From assembly GCF_009914755.1 (NCBI RefSeq), contig NC_060940.1: a stretch of DNA of 64,000 nt. One strand, 5' to 3'. The DNA is from the human T2T-CHM13v2.0 reference genome, Homo sapiens. The position numbers were made by a program, and so were the translations under genes. The stretch's first letter is position 1, and each line of letters opens with the position of its first letter. The notes under the pieces are model-generated. The model was given only the letters and a program-made list of their open reading frames with translations. It had not been told where the DNA came from and searched no databases. This document shows, piece after piece, positions 33,711 to 49,999 of this stretch.

Positions 33711-34384
33711 AAATGGAGATGAAACCACCAAATTGAATTTGGACAATGAATCCTGGGGTGTGTTTATCCACTAGTTTGCCAATCATGCAGATGAGCTTAT
33801 CTGCGTCTGCTGATGGGATTTCGGCATAATTTGCATGCTAGAGGAGGAGGCTGCCAATTCACAGAGGATTCTTCTAGGCATTTGTCATTCATTATAGAAC
33901 ATAAGCTTGCATTGGAGTCTATGCAGCACAGCATCAGCCAATTAGAGGAGATTGTAGCTTTGGAAACAAACATCTGCTTGATGCTGGGTAAATAATATTT
34001 AGAGTCTGGTGTTTTATGCCTGTCCATGTGATTAATTTGAATCCTGTATAATTTTGTATTTGATCATGTGGGACTCACAGAGATCATTTCTATTACCTAA
34101 GTTACAAAAGCCATATCTGGCATTTCCCAGGATTGGTCCCATGTTTTAGGAGAGGCTTTCTGGTTGGGGTCACACCTGGGACTGGAGGTAAGTGTCTATA
34201 CAGTGGTAGCCAACTTCCATAAAGGAAAATAGAGAAGGACGTCTGTCTCCAAATTCTATCCTGGATAACACTTCTGTAGAAAATTCAGGAGTACTGGGAA
34301 AACGTGAATGTCTTTTCTTAGCTGTTGCTAATTGGTTCTCCTCTTTCCAGGGGTAAGGAGGTTAAAAGAAATGTAGTGAGTTGA

Positions 34385-34800
<416 letters not shown>

Positions 34801-35279
34801 TAGAATTCTTTCCAGTTTTACAAACAACAAACAGGGTTGAAAGAACATATCCTGGGCCCCCAGCTAGCAGGCAGCAGTGCTGGGAGTTAAAGCCAATCTG
34901 CTACAGTCTCTGCTCCTCCCAGGACACCATCCTGCCTTCCCAGGGGATGCAGCCAAAGGTATTCAACAGAGCTATTTGCTGTAACATAGCTGTGATTCTC
35001 TGCAGAGAGTGCTGGGTGGATTGGCTGTGAATTTTGCCTCCCTTGCTTCCAAATGAAATAATCAAATGCATTGGCATCCTCATCCATGGGGTTCTCAAGT
35101 ATATCATCCAAATGCTTTTTGTAAAAAGATGAGAGACCCAGTAAAGAGCCTGCTGCTGGTGGGCTTGGGTATACAGCAAATGCTAGCCAAGTGGTTAAGA
35201 GTACAAAATATTTGCTAAGCTAATAGTACTGCCTAGCTCTGTAGCTACCATCAGAATTAAACAAAGAGATAGGCCACTG

Positions 35280-35420
35280 CATTTCAACAGAATCACCTAT
35301 GGAGCTTGAAAACATATGCATGTCTGGTCACCACCCACAGATATTCTGATTCCATTGGTATTTTAAACGAGCTTCCCGTGCTATTCTGATGCACAGTCAG
35401 GCTTTGGAATCTGTGATCTA
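35280..35420. mobile_element. MER5A-like MITE fragment
   Basis: CAGAATCACCT..AGATATTCTGATTC..GCTTCCCGTGCTATTCTGATGCACAG. Confidence 0.55.
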
Positions 35421-36115
35421 GTCTATGGATCATTTGAGTCATCAGAACTTGAATAAGAATTGCTTTCTTTGGATACATCTTTTCTTTATCACATCAAATC
35501 AATCTCCCCCCAACCCCCACCTTCCCTCTCCCTTTTTCTCTAGCAGTCAGAAATTCTTAAAAGCTTTTTGCCACTAAACCATCTGCTGGAGAAATCTCCC
35601 ACTAGGTTTCAAATGCCAAACCTTTCCCAGTAGCAATTTTCTTTATTATTTTGGGGGAAAAGAATGCATTACATTTCTTCCCTATGAAATAAAGTACTTT
35701 AAAAATAAAAATGTTCATTATGGAACCATAGCAGTTGCTTATATTTTAAAAAAGAAAATAGCTGTATTAGACATGTGTCCTGGGAGTTTACTCCAGGCTT
35801 CCTTCACAGGCTTGATTCGGACTTCAAGGACAGGAAGTGTGGCTGATCATAGCACCACGATGCCCCGGTGAAGAGCAGTCACATAGAGAATGGAGATTAA
35901 TTTCAGTCAAAGAATAGTAGGATGCTTTCTTGGCTTCCCGATGCCCACAAGCTTTATGGCAGCAGACCACGCTTAAAGCCTAATTTAAAGGTTTATGTAG
36001 GTTATAACCTTGTCACACTGCATAATCCCCTCCCAGTTCGAAGTCTTTACCCATTGGCATAAAAACCTATATCCTGTGACAGGGAACAGGAGTGTTAAGA
36101 GACTTGGAAAGAATA

Positions 36116-36721
<606 letters not shown>

Positions 36722-36801
36722 TGGAGATTTCTTAAGAGTCTCATTAGATGATTTTCTAATTCTAAGTAGAAGATCATCTGAGTCCTTTGCAATTCATTGG
36801 C

Positions 36802-37525
36802 TGTGGCAGATGACTAGCTATCCACGAAAAATTCCTGATCCCCTTTCTACAGCATGAAGTGGTTGCTGTGAGGCAACTTCTAGGCCAGCAATGCCATTTC
36901 CCAGTTTCCCTCACATCAGCAGGGAGTCATGTGATTAGTTCTCATCACAGGAACACGAGCAGAAGTGATGTGTGTTACCTCTGGGTTAGCTTTACTTATT
37001 TATTTATGTTTTGTGAGAGTTTCTCTTCTTTTTTTTCCCCCCAACTTTTATTTTAGAGGTACATGTGCAGGTTTATTGTAAAAGTGTATTGTGTGATGCT
37101 GAAGTTTGGAGTACAAATGAGTCTGTCACCCAGGTAGTGAGGATAGTACCCAATAGGTAGTTTTTCAAATCTTGCCCCACTTCGCCCCTCCTCCATTTTG
37201 TATTCCCCAATGTCTGTTGTTCCCATCTTTACGTCCATGTGTTAGGTCAGGATTTTTTTTTTTTAAGAAGTGGGTACCCTCTTTCCTTCTTTATTTCTCT
37301 TTCCTTCTCTGCCAGCGGAGTGCAGATAATCCCAAAGCTTTAGGGAAAAGTGGAACTGTAAGATGGAAAGAGCCTGGGTCCCTGAATCACTGTGTGGAAG
37401 AAAGTTGCCTGTTGATCAGATACACCCCCACTGTGCTTTATGTGCATGAGAAATAAGCAAAACCACTGGAATTGGAGGGATTTTCTTATGACGTTGGTTT
37501 GGATCACCCTCATTAACCATACACT
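36802..37525 (+). mobile_element. MLT1I/J-like LTR with antisense L1MA 3' end (~37020-37242)
   Basis: AGATGGAAAGAGCCTGGGTCCCTGAATCACTG; CCAACTTTTATTTTAGAGGTACATGTGCAGG. Confidence 0.65.
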
Positions 37526-37949
37526 GACCAATCATCAGGATACTGAAGACTTTCATCTGGCTGGAGGCACTTTGGCTTCCTGACACAGGGAAGCTGCTAA
37601 GAGCAAAGATGGTTTCTAATGTCTGGCACGAAGCATATGGGATGGGTAAAGAGTTTTTGTCCTGTGACAAACATTCTAGGTGAAAAGGGAATAATATTTG
37701 TTATCAGAAAAGAGTAGATAAAAATATTAAGGATGAGAGAGGTCTGTAAAAGCCATGCCCATTGTGACAAACAGGCAGACAAATAATTTCTGCCCCTTAA
37801 GATGGGAGAGTATTTCTCACCCCAGTCCTGTTCAAGCCTCCAGTAATAGGCTCTGTATTGTCCAAGCACTAACCATGCAGTGACAATTGTGGTAGTAACC
37901 AGGGAGGAGGATCCCTTTGCAAATAACCTGTATCAATAGCAGTAAATAG

Positions 37950-38074
37950 GGCCAGAATGCAGTGGCGCGATCATAGCTCACTGCAGCCTCGACCTCCAGG
38001 CTCAGATGATCCTCCCACCTCAGCCTCCTAAGTAACTGGGATCACAGCTGCATGCCACAATGCACAGCTAACTT

Positions 38075-38126
<52 letters not shown>

Positions 38127-38232
38127 GACAGGGTCTCCCTATGTCATCCAGGCTAGTCTCAAACTCCTGGGCTCAAGCAATTCTCCCACCTCGGCCTCCC
38201 AAAGTGCTGGGATTATAGATGTGAACCAGCCA
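37950..38232 (-). mobile_element. AluJ (3' end missing) with T43 middle run
   Basis: T-run 38081-38123. Confidence 0.9.
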
Positions 38233-39016
38233 ATAAATATCCTTGAAGGTCTACTACAAACCAGTCAGTAGGTTAGGTACAGTGAGGCCAAAAAAAAAAA
38301 AAAAGTTGCCCAACTGTATGTCTTCACAGTGCTTACAAAGCAGTCAGGGTGACAGAACATAATAACAAGAAATATTAAGCAACAGAGGCTAAGTATGAAA
38401 TAAGTGGGAGGAAGGGAGCTGACACAGGCCTGCAGAAAACAATGAGCACACTCAGGTGCATGACATGACATCAGGGAGAGTCTTGGGTAGCAATCCCAAT
38501 TCAGCAGCTTGCATCTGGGCGAAATGCAAACCAGAATCATTTTTAAAATTTGGGTAAGCCTATGAGAGTGAGTCCTTTATGTAAAAGTCATTTGACATGT
38601 GAGTCATGACCGCAATAAAAATTGCGAACCGATGTTCTAAAATTCTTCCAGCAGGAGCGTCATTATGCAATTCTGATTGGAGCCAACATGAGGTTTAAAA
38701 AAAAAAAAAAAAATCACCACTTTTTTGGGGAGGGGAAAAAGACGATATTTTAAAAATTAACAATTTTCCCAGCCTGTAAACAGATCAAGCTGAATGGACC
38801 CTGCCCTTAGAATTATATTAGGGAATCTGGAAGCTCCCGGATGTACTTGGTGTTAACCCTTCACCTGCTGGATCGTGAGTGGATTGGGGAGAGTTCTTGT
38901 GGGGCTTGGGACAGTGGCTTTCTCCAGCTAGTACAGAAGCATTTTATTATTTTAAATACCCACACAGCTGGTGAAACATACTGCATATTAGCCACATGTC
39001 AACCCAATATAGAATC

Positions 39017-39297
39017 TGCTATGGTCTGATTATTGGTGTCTCCCCAAATTCCTAAGTTGGAACCTAAACCCAGTGTGATGGTATTAATAGTGGGGCCTTC
39101 AGTAGGTGATTAGGTCATGAAGGCCAAAACCTCAGCTAAAAGTTGCTCTCAGTGAGGAATGGGACCTCACTAGGCACTGAATCTGGCAGTGATATTGGAC
39201 TTCTCAGCCTCTAGAACTGTGAGACATGGAATGTTTGCTGTTTATAAGCCACCCAGTTTGTGATATTTTTGTTACAGCAGCCAAACAGACTAAGACA
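39017..39297 (+). mobile_element. MLT1A/MST-like LTR
   Basis: TGCTATGGTCTG..CAGACTAAGACA; 5-bp TSD GAATC/GAATA. Confidence 0.75.
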
Positions 39298-39702
39298 GAA
39301 TAATTATAAAAAATGAAAATACTGGTGAGAAAGTAAAATCTCACTATGATCCCTCCTCTCAGAGATGCCTACCATTAACAGTTTAGGGTATATTTTTCCA
39401 GACTTTGAAAAGTTTTCTATGCAAACATAAACAAGATTATACTGTACATTCTATACTACAAGCTGTCCTTCCCTTCCCTCTCAAAACAGAGTATATTGTG
39501 AGTATGATGCTATGTGAGCACATAAAGAATTATCTTTTTCTCTTGCTCTTTCTTTTATCACCTAATTAGAAGTTTTGGACCTAAACCAATACTGTTATTG
39601 CAGTGTTTTTGTGCACTACCAAGCTACATCCTTACACTCAGGCTGCATTTTTAAGTGTACACAGTTCTTCGGTGTTTCTGAAACTACATTGAGTCCTCTC
39701 CT

Positions 39703-40830
39703 CATGAACATTTTCACAAAAAGACATACATGCAGCCAACAAGCATATGAAAAGAGCTCAATATCACTGATGATTAGAGAAATGCAAATCAAAACCACAA
39801 TGAAATATCATCTCACATCTGTCAGAAAGGCTATTATTATTATTATTTTTTGAGACAGAGTCTCACTCTGTCACCTAGGCTGGAGTGCAGTGGCACGATC
39901 TCAGCTCACTGCAAACTCTGCCTTCCAGGTTCAACCGATTCTCTTGCTTCAGCCTCCTGAGTAGCTGGGACTACAGGTGTGTGCCACCACGTCCAGCTAA
40001 ATTTTGTAATTTTTTTAGTAGAGATGGGGTTTCACCATGTTGACCAGGTTGGTCTCGAACTCCTGACCTCAAATCTGCCTGCCTTGGCCTCCCATGCTGG
40101 GATTACAGGCATGAGCCACTGTGCCCAACCCTGAATGGCTAATGGCTATATTAAAAAGTAAAAAAATAACAGGTGCCGGCAAGGTTGTGGAGAAAAGGGA
40201 ACACTTATACACTGTTGGTGGGAGTGTAAATTAACCATTGTGGAAAGCAGTATGGCTATTCCTCAAAGAGCTAAAAACAAAACTGTCATTCAACCCAGCA
40301 ATCCCATTACTGGGTATATACCCAAAGAAATATAAATCATTCCATTGCAAAGACACATGCATGCATATGTTCACTGCAGCACTGTTCACAATAGGAAAGA
40401 CATACATTTAACCTAAATGCCCGCCAATGGTAGACCGGATGAAGAAAATGTGGTACATATACACAATGGAATGCTACACAGCCATAAAAAAGAATGAAGT
40501 CATATTCTTTACAGGAACATGGATGGAGCTAGAGGCCATCATTCTTAGCAAACTAATGTGGGAACAAAAAACCAAATACCGCATATTCTCACTTATAAGT
40601 GGGAGCTAAGTTGATGAGATCACGTGGACACAGAGGGGAACAACACACACTGGGGCTTATCAGAAGGTGGAGAGTGAGGGGAGGGACAGGATCAGAAAAA
40701 AATAACTATTGGGTACTGGGCTTGGTACCTGCGTGATGAAATCATCTGTACATCAACCCCCTATGACACAAGTTTACCTGTATAACAAGCCTGCACATGT
40801 ACCCCGAACCTAAAATAAAAGTTTAAAAAA
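39703..40830 (+). mobile_element. L1PA13-16-like 3' end with nested antisense AluS (39832-40130)
   Basis: ORF2 C-terminus and 3'UTR ending GAACCTAAAATAAAAGTTT; TSD TGAGTCCTCTCCT 39690-39702 / 40832-40844. Confidence 0.88.
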
Positions 40831-41289
40831 GTGAGTCCTCTCCTGAAGCTACCCTTCTTTCCATTATCTCCCCACGCCATTTTCCCAGTTTCTCTCACCC
40901 TATATTCTGCAGGGCTCACTCTAATCTTGACTTCCTGAATGAACTTCAGCCTTTGGAAGGATCTGTTGAGCATGAATAATTTTTCAGCCAGTTCTCTTGT
41001 AGTGTAGCATTTGAGGAGGTCAGTGGGGCAGTGAGGGATAGGACAGAAGGCAAGATACATAGGAGGCTGATTTAAACCTAGATTTGTCAAAAGGGCCACT
41101 GGGAGAGCTGTCCAAGGTGCTACACAATGGGTTCTGACACATCCCTGAATATGAAATGTATCAGCATGGTTTTTGTCAGCAACAGCAGGGGCACGAATCA
41201 AACAAGACTCACAAGATAGAAGCTTTTCTTTCCTGGCTGTTTCTTCTTTACATAAGGAGAGTCAGAACAAATATAGGAGGCTGGCTGAA

Positions 41290-42230
41290 TTTTCTTTCTG
41301 GACATATCCTCTTGAGTGCCTTGCAGTCATCTCAAATTCAGCATGTCTAGAAATGAATTCATCACCCTTACTCATCAAACCTACCCCTCCTTCAGTTTTC
41401 CCTATCTCAAAATGACACCATTGTCCTTAAAAGGTTAAATCAGCTTCCATGCTAACTTCTCTACCTTCATATGCTTGTTGGCTGCCTGTATGTCTCTGGC
41501 CTCATGCAGTCTCTCACCAGGTTTTGTTGCACTTACCAAAAACATGCCTAGATACCATCCATTTCATTTCCAATGGTTTAGCCACTGGAAATGGCCAGCT
41601 TTCATCTGGACAATTGCAAAGGACTGCAATTTACTTCCTCCTTGTTCTCTTATTTCTTCCCACACAGCCATTAGAATTATCTTTAAGAATGCAAATAGAT
41701 CCAGTCACTCCTTTGCTTAGATCATTTAATGGCTTTCCCCTGCCTTCAGGATAAATATGGACTCCCTGAGATGACCTGTCAGGCCCAATATGATCCAGTA
41801 TCTTTGCTTTATCTTACATCACTCTCTTCCTTGTTCTATAGTTCTTTCTCTTATTCAAAGCTGACATACTCTATCCTGACTCAGGGCCTTTTCTCACATT
41901 ATTCCTTCTGCCTGGAATGATTCGTCTGTCCCCCCTACCATCCAGCTAACAACTGCTTCATTTCTTAGCTCAGATATCACTTACTCCAGGAGACCCCATG
42001 CTGGTTTAGATCTACCATGATATGTTTCTGGTGTACTCTGTACATCTTCCCAATAGCCATACTCTGTACATCTTCTCAATAGCCAGTTAACTTACTCAAA
42101 GTTTGTTTTCCCTTGTAGACTTTGTTTCATGAGGGCAGAACCTGCATCTTTCTTGTTCACCATTGTATCATCAAGAGCAATGTTTGGCACATAGCCGGTG
42201 CTTAGCAAGTATTTGTTAAATAAATAAGCA
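41290..42230 (+). mobile_element. L2
   Basis: CATCTCAAATTCAGCATGTC..TGGCACATAGCCGGTGCTTAGCAAGTATTTGTTAAATAAAT; 26-bp tandem duplication 42034-42085. Confidence 0.75.
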
Positions 42231-42927
42231 GAAGTCCAAGGACCCAGACTCGTTGGAGACTGAGATAAATACCCTAAGACACTTCATGTTTGTCCACAAG
42301 CCTGAAGTGACCTCAGAGAGGGAACGGTTACAAGTTTAAAACAGCTGCAAAGTGCAGAGAAAAGGCCAGCAGATGTTCTGACTGTTAGATGTTCCCGGTG
42401 GGTTGTGTGCTGTGTCATATGGGACTGCCAGCCAGGGCCTGCCATGTCGGGAGACCTTGGGGGAAGGAGCAGATCTCAAGCTATAGCAGATGGTAAGTGC
42501 TGTCTTTAGTCTTTAACATTTAAGGAAAAGAACTGGGAATAGACGTTCGGCTCAGTAGCAGTTATGATGCATTTAAATAAGCCTTGCAAATCATTTACAG
42601 AATGCATATGCCTCCAAAATTCTTCATTGCTCATAGATTTTGTGGGAGCTTCCTCTGGTCCATCTTTGTATCCTCAATGTACAGTAGTGTCTGTGGCATG
42701 GGGCGAACCTTCAGTGTGGGTGGGCTACCCACTGAAGGAAGGCACATACTTGAGACATATTGGCATTTGGCCGGCTGTGGGTAATTGATCATCTTCCCCA
42801 GGAGAGTCACGCCCCCTAAATGCAGAGACTGTGCCTTGTGCCTTTTTGTACTCCCTCTCCCACTTTACTCAGTTTCTTGTTCCCCTCCAGCTAATATCAG
42901 GGCAGGTGGGTGGGACACTACTCGCCC

Positions 42928-43685
<758 letters not shown>

Positions 43686-43739
43686 GCTCTATCATATTTT
43701 CCTGGAGAACCGTGGTTTTGGAACAAGGGAAGTAGGGCT

Positions 43740-44155
43740 TGGATATTTCAATTAGCTTCCATTTGAAAATGGGAATGAGAATACCTGCTTCATAGGATTA
43801 TTGTAAAGATTAAATGAAATTGCATATTTAAAATGCCTCAGCCTATGCCCGACTCATGATAAGTAGTTAGAAAATTATGGAATTGAAGAGACAGTATGCC
43901 ATGCCATTATGGTCATGGGCCTTGCAGCCATAGAGTCCTGGGCTTCATTATGGGCCCTGCCACTAGTAAGTGAACTTGACAAGTTATTTAACTTTTCTGA
44001 GCCTCAGTGTCCTCATGGGGAAAAACAGGGCTAAAAATCTGTCTAGCTCATGGAGTGGGTGTAGGATTAAATGCAATATACATATAAAATGCCTTGCCAT
44101 ATAGTAAATGCTCAATAAAAAGATAGTAATTGTTATTACCATCGTTATTATTGAA
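43740..44155 (+). mobile_element. Two MIR copies
   Basis: AAAATGGGAATGAGAATACCTG; AAGTTATTTAACTTTTCTGAGCCTCAGT..ATAGTAAATGCTCAATAAA. Confidence 0.7.
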
Positions 44156-44372
44156 CAGCAAGTGATAAATTGGGATATCCTGACTGTCCTAAATTGTGTC
44201 AGAAATGTGGGATCTGGTTCATATTTATAGAGACTTCTTGTTCTTTCAATTGTTCAACCTAAAAAGCTTAGAGTTGTCGTTAAATCTTCCATTTTTCTCA
44301 CTTTCCACAACCTGTCCATTGGATATTCTTGTTGATTCTACCTTATAATCTAGGTAGAGTCAAGCTACTTCA

Positions 44373-45700
<1,328 letters not shown>

Positions 45701-46476
45701 CCAGAATCTAGCTACTTCTTAACACCTCCATTGCCTTCTTAACGCCTCACTCTTGTCTGAGCCACTGTTGTCTCTCTCCTAGATGCTGCTACAGCCTCCT
45801 AGCTGGTCTCCCTGCCTCTCCATCCTTGATCCCTACAGGCTTCTTTCAACATAGTAGCCAGAGGGATCCCGGTAAAAATACAAGTCTGTCTGTGTCTCTT
45901 CTGCACTCAAAACACTCCAATGGTTCTGCAACTACCCCAGAGTAAAAACCAAAGTCATTCCAATGACCTAGGAAGCCCCACGTGCTCTGCTCCCTCCCTG
46001 ATGCCTCTCTCTTCTCACCTCCTGCCAGTCTCTCCCTCATTCAGTTCATTTCAGCCACCTAGTTTATTTACTGTTTCTTGAACACACTGGGTACATTTCT
46101 ACTTTGGGGACTTTGCACTGGCCATTCCTTCTTCCAATGCTCTTTTCCTAGATATTTGCCTGGCTAATTTCCTCTTCTTCTACAAATCTGTTTTCCAACG
46201 TCACCTTCTGTATGACCACTGTGTCTAAATATCAGTAGGCAACCCCTGCATGATTTCCAGTTCCCTGCCCACTGTGCTTTTTCTGTCTTTTCTTAGCACC
46301 TCTCCCATTTAACATACCATATGCTTTACTTATCATGTTTATTGCTTATGGTCAATCTCCCTCTTCTAGAATATAGGCTTCCTAAAGACAGGGATCTTTG
46401 TTTTCTTCATTGTTCTATCTCCAGTGCCTACAACAATGCCTGGGACATATTAAGCATTCATTAAGTATTTGTTAAA
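45701..46476 (+). mobile_element. L2 (continues from ~44240-44371)
   Basis: CCAGAATCTAGCTACTTCTTAACACCTCC..AATGCCTGGGACATATTAAGCATTCATTAAGTATTTGTT. Confidence 0.8.
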
Positions 46477-47934
46477 GGGGAAAATGAACCAAAGGGAAGG
46501 AATAACCAAAGGGAAGGAATAAGTTTTTTAAAAAAACTTTGTTGGAATAAGTTTTTTAAAAAAACTTTGTTGAAAAAAGTCTTTTCTTCCCATTTAAAAA
46601 CGTGGTTTTGTTTCCGATTACAATCCAAATACACAAATTTTAAAGAAGAGTGAAATGATTTGCCATCATTGGACCCTCATTCCTTCATGGCAACTGTGGG
46701 CAGAGTAGAGAAAAGTTGCCCTCTTTAGATCAGGCAGACCCTCTCCAGTTTGCTGTGGTGCCAACTGAGCTCACTTTCCTCTTAGAATTCTGACACCTGG
46801 AGGTATCAGGGTTTGCTTCCTTTGATACACTTTGCTAGGAACTGGAGTGTCTATGCTCCCATTTGCAAGGAAGGAGTTCCGTTCCTGGGAGCTGGATCTT
46901 CCCCTCTGCCTGGGCTCTCTATTCATGTTTGCAGTAATTAGACACCAGGTTGATTGACCATGAAAGATAAGTTCTCAATCACTCCTGAACACATAAACAT
47001 ACCATGAGTACATGAAATAAAAATGTTACGTGCTGGGAACATCAATCAGAAGGGTAATGTTTATGTAGCATTGTTAATTGGATTTCTACAATGGGATATT
47101 CGGTGGGTTGGGGTTTATCTGATAACACCGTAGTCTGTGACAGCAACTTCTGTGACTCAGTGTGGCTTCAAGGTCAAGGAACTGAGCGTCCTCCTGACCA
47201 ACAGGCTGAGGAGATTGTTGGGAGTTCTTGTGGGCCAGGCTCTTATCGGTGAGCTGTATGGAGAACACCATCTCTCAGATTTATCCATAATTTTAATGAA
47301 TGCTCTGTTTGAGATAATGACCCATATCTTGACTTGCACAAAGCCCTGAAAATACTTCTACGAATTGTGTTTTATCTGAAGTACTGCAGCATGCAGCATC
47401 CAACATTACCATTGATATCATCTATTGAGAACTCTTTCCCAGGTTCTTTATTAAGGTTTAATTAAATTTTATGTCTTATCAATTAGGATTAATCTATATT
47501 TAGTCTGAATTAGAGGGAGCCAATTATAAATAACACCACTTCTCATTTATTCCTGAATACAAAATGAAGGTTTTTAAACTTTCTTTGGAGGAAAAAATAA
47601 AAAACCTCACAACCCCCCTGACTCAAATGTGTCCCTTTAAAGAGTTTTATGCCCAGGAGACCACAAATTCTATTATAATAAAGTGAAAAGATGATAATTC
47701 CTATAGGAAGGTGTTACAGACAGAAATGGGGGTCCGGAGGGAAAAGAGAGAGAATTTCTGTTATGATGTGGGCAATTGAAACAAAGAGATTTTCAACTTT
47801 AAAGTTTTCACTTGGAGCAATGGCACAAAGATAAACTGAATTTTCCAAGGTTATTGTGACATCTCTGTTTCTAGAAGAGGACAGACCAGCTTGTGCCCTG
47901 CGGTTGTGTTCAATGCTGTTAATTAAATATTTCC

Positions 47935-48295
47935 AATTCTGTTACTTCTGGGCACGAATTGGATCATACTCCTCCCCTCTCTTCACCTTGAAGTCAAATG
48001 TGGGCATGGGACTCGTTTGGTCAATGAAATGCAAGAAGAAGCAATATCTGTCAGTTCCATTTGGAAGCGCCCATATGGACTAGAGTGCAATTTCTCATGT
48101 TTTCTTCCTCCTGCTGCAGTGGTCATGGAAACACAATTCAGACAAAAGCCCCATTAGCCCAAGATGGGTGGCGTCTTCTCTGCCAGCCTGCATTGTTTGT
48201 GCAACATGAGCAAGAAGTAAACTTTTGTTGTGTTAAGCCATTGAGATGTTGAGGTTTTTGTTACTTCAGCGTCATGTAGCTTATCCTGCCTTATA
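47935..48295 (+). mobile_element. MLT1I/J-like LTR
   Basis: CATGAGCAAGAAGTAAACTTTTGTTGTGTTAAGCCATTGAGAT. Confidence 0.6.
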
Positions 48296-49189
48296 GAAGC
48301 TCTATAAGCTTTAGTTTCTTCTAAGCTTTGGTACTGACTTCATTGGGTTGTTATATGAGGAAGAATAATGAAGTAATTAACAAAAAGTGTTTCATTTAGT
48401 GCTGGCACACAAGTACTCGGTAAATATTAGTGCTTCCTATTATTGTTGTTGTAGTTGGGGATGTCTATGTATTATGGCTAAATGATCCTATTTGGAATAT
48501 TCTGATGGTATGTTCAAAGTTTATTTAAACTCTTAGTATTTCAATGTCTTGCCTTTCCACCTGATCAGAACAGAAGCTTCACATCGAGCACTTCTATTAC
48601 CCCCTGCTAAAGAGTTTACAAAGCCTTCTAATGCACAGTTCTATTTACTTTCTTCTTTCCCTTACAACGCTATTGAATAGTCCTGTGGTATATAGTTTAA
48701 GAAAAGGCAAAAAGCCTTATGATAAAAGTCTGTTTAGGAAGGTACTGTGTTTTCAAATGAGCCTTTGGAGATCCGGCCTGCATAGGCTTTCTGGCAGACC
48801 TGTGAATTCAAGGACCCCCTTTCCAAAATTATCCAGAGTAACTTGTAATTTATAACTTGGGTTTCTGTACATGTTCCGGCCTGGACCTCATTTAAGTGCG
48901 TCCAGCCAATATACAGTGGTGTAAGCCATGAGGTTTGTAGAGACTCAAATTCTTGTTGTGACCAATATAACAGGTACACACTGTGAACTCGTCCCATGAG
49001 CTTGGTGCATTATTGAGCCAAGAATCCTCTAGAGGTTGCCTCATAGTAGGAAATCAGAGAGCTATCCAGGAACAATGGTGAGACCAGTTCAAATATTACC
49101 TGGACCCAGCATTTAGAAAGTCCAGTTCTTATGGATGCAAAGGTCTTGTTCTAGAATCAGGGTGTGGTCCCAATATACGCAAACTCACC

Positions 49190-49485
49190 ACAGTTGGGAG
49201 GATTTTGGTTGCAAGTGACAGAAACCCAGCACAAACCCCAAAGGAAAATCATTGGCTCTTGTAACCCAGAAATTTAATGGATAAACCCTTCCAGCTTCAA
49301 GTATGGCTGTATGTAGGTGTCCAAATGATGTCATTAGCTCTTTCTCTTCCCCCACTCTAACTCGTTTTCTCTGTATCTACTTTCTTTTTTATCAAACTCT
49401 ATCTACATGGCAGCAAATATGGCATTGGCACCTGTAGGTTCCCATTGCTTTTATTGCAGTGATCCCAGAAACAAGACTGCCTCTT
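49190..49485 (-). mobile_element. MLT1J/K-like LTR fragment
   Basis: TTGGTTGCAAGTGACAGAAACCCA. Confidence 0.55.
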
Positions 49486-49556
49486 TTTTTTTTTTTTTTT
49501 TTTTTTTTGATAGTTTCAGGAAAAATAGTTGGAAGGGTGCCAGGGCTAGTTTTTCT

Positions 49557-49982
49557 GTTTCTTTTCTTTTTTAAACTTTTATTTTAAGTTCAGGGGTACA
49601 AGTGCAGGTTTGCTACATAGGTAAACTTGTGTCATGGGGGTTTGCTGTAGGTTATTTAATCATCCAGGAATTAAGCCTAGTACCTATTAGTTATGTTTCT
49701 GGATCCTCTCCTGCTCCCACCCTCCACTCTCTGAAAGGTCCCAGTGTGTGTTTTTCCCCTCTATGTGTCCATGTGTTCTTATCATTTAGCTCCCACTTAT
49801 GAGAACGTGTGGTATTTAGTTTTCTGTTCATGTGTTAGTTTGCTAAGGATAATGGCCCCCAGCTCCATCTGTGTGCCTGCAAGGGACATAATCTTGTTTT
49901 TTATGGCTGCAGAGTATTCCAGGGTGTATATGTACCACATTTTCTTTATCCATCTCTCATTGAAGGGTATTTAGGTTGATCT
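49557..49982 (-). mobile_element. L1PA8-13-like 3' end
   Basis: TTTTATTTTAAGTTCAGGGGTACAAGTGCAGG; TSD CCAG(G/T)GCTA(G/A)TTTTTCT. Confidence 0.85.
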
Positions 49983-49999
49983 AACCAGTGCTAATTTTT

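Noticed and set aside
34300-34360. Two AG acceptors followed immediately by GTAAGG
   Set aside because: No plausible exon length or partner site; likely chance.
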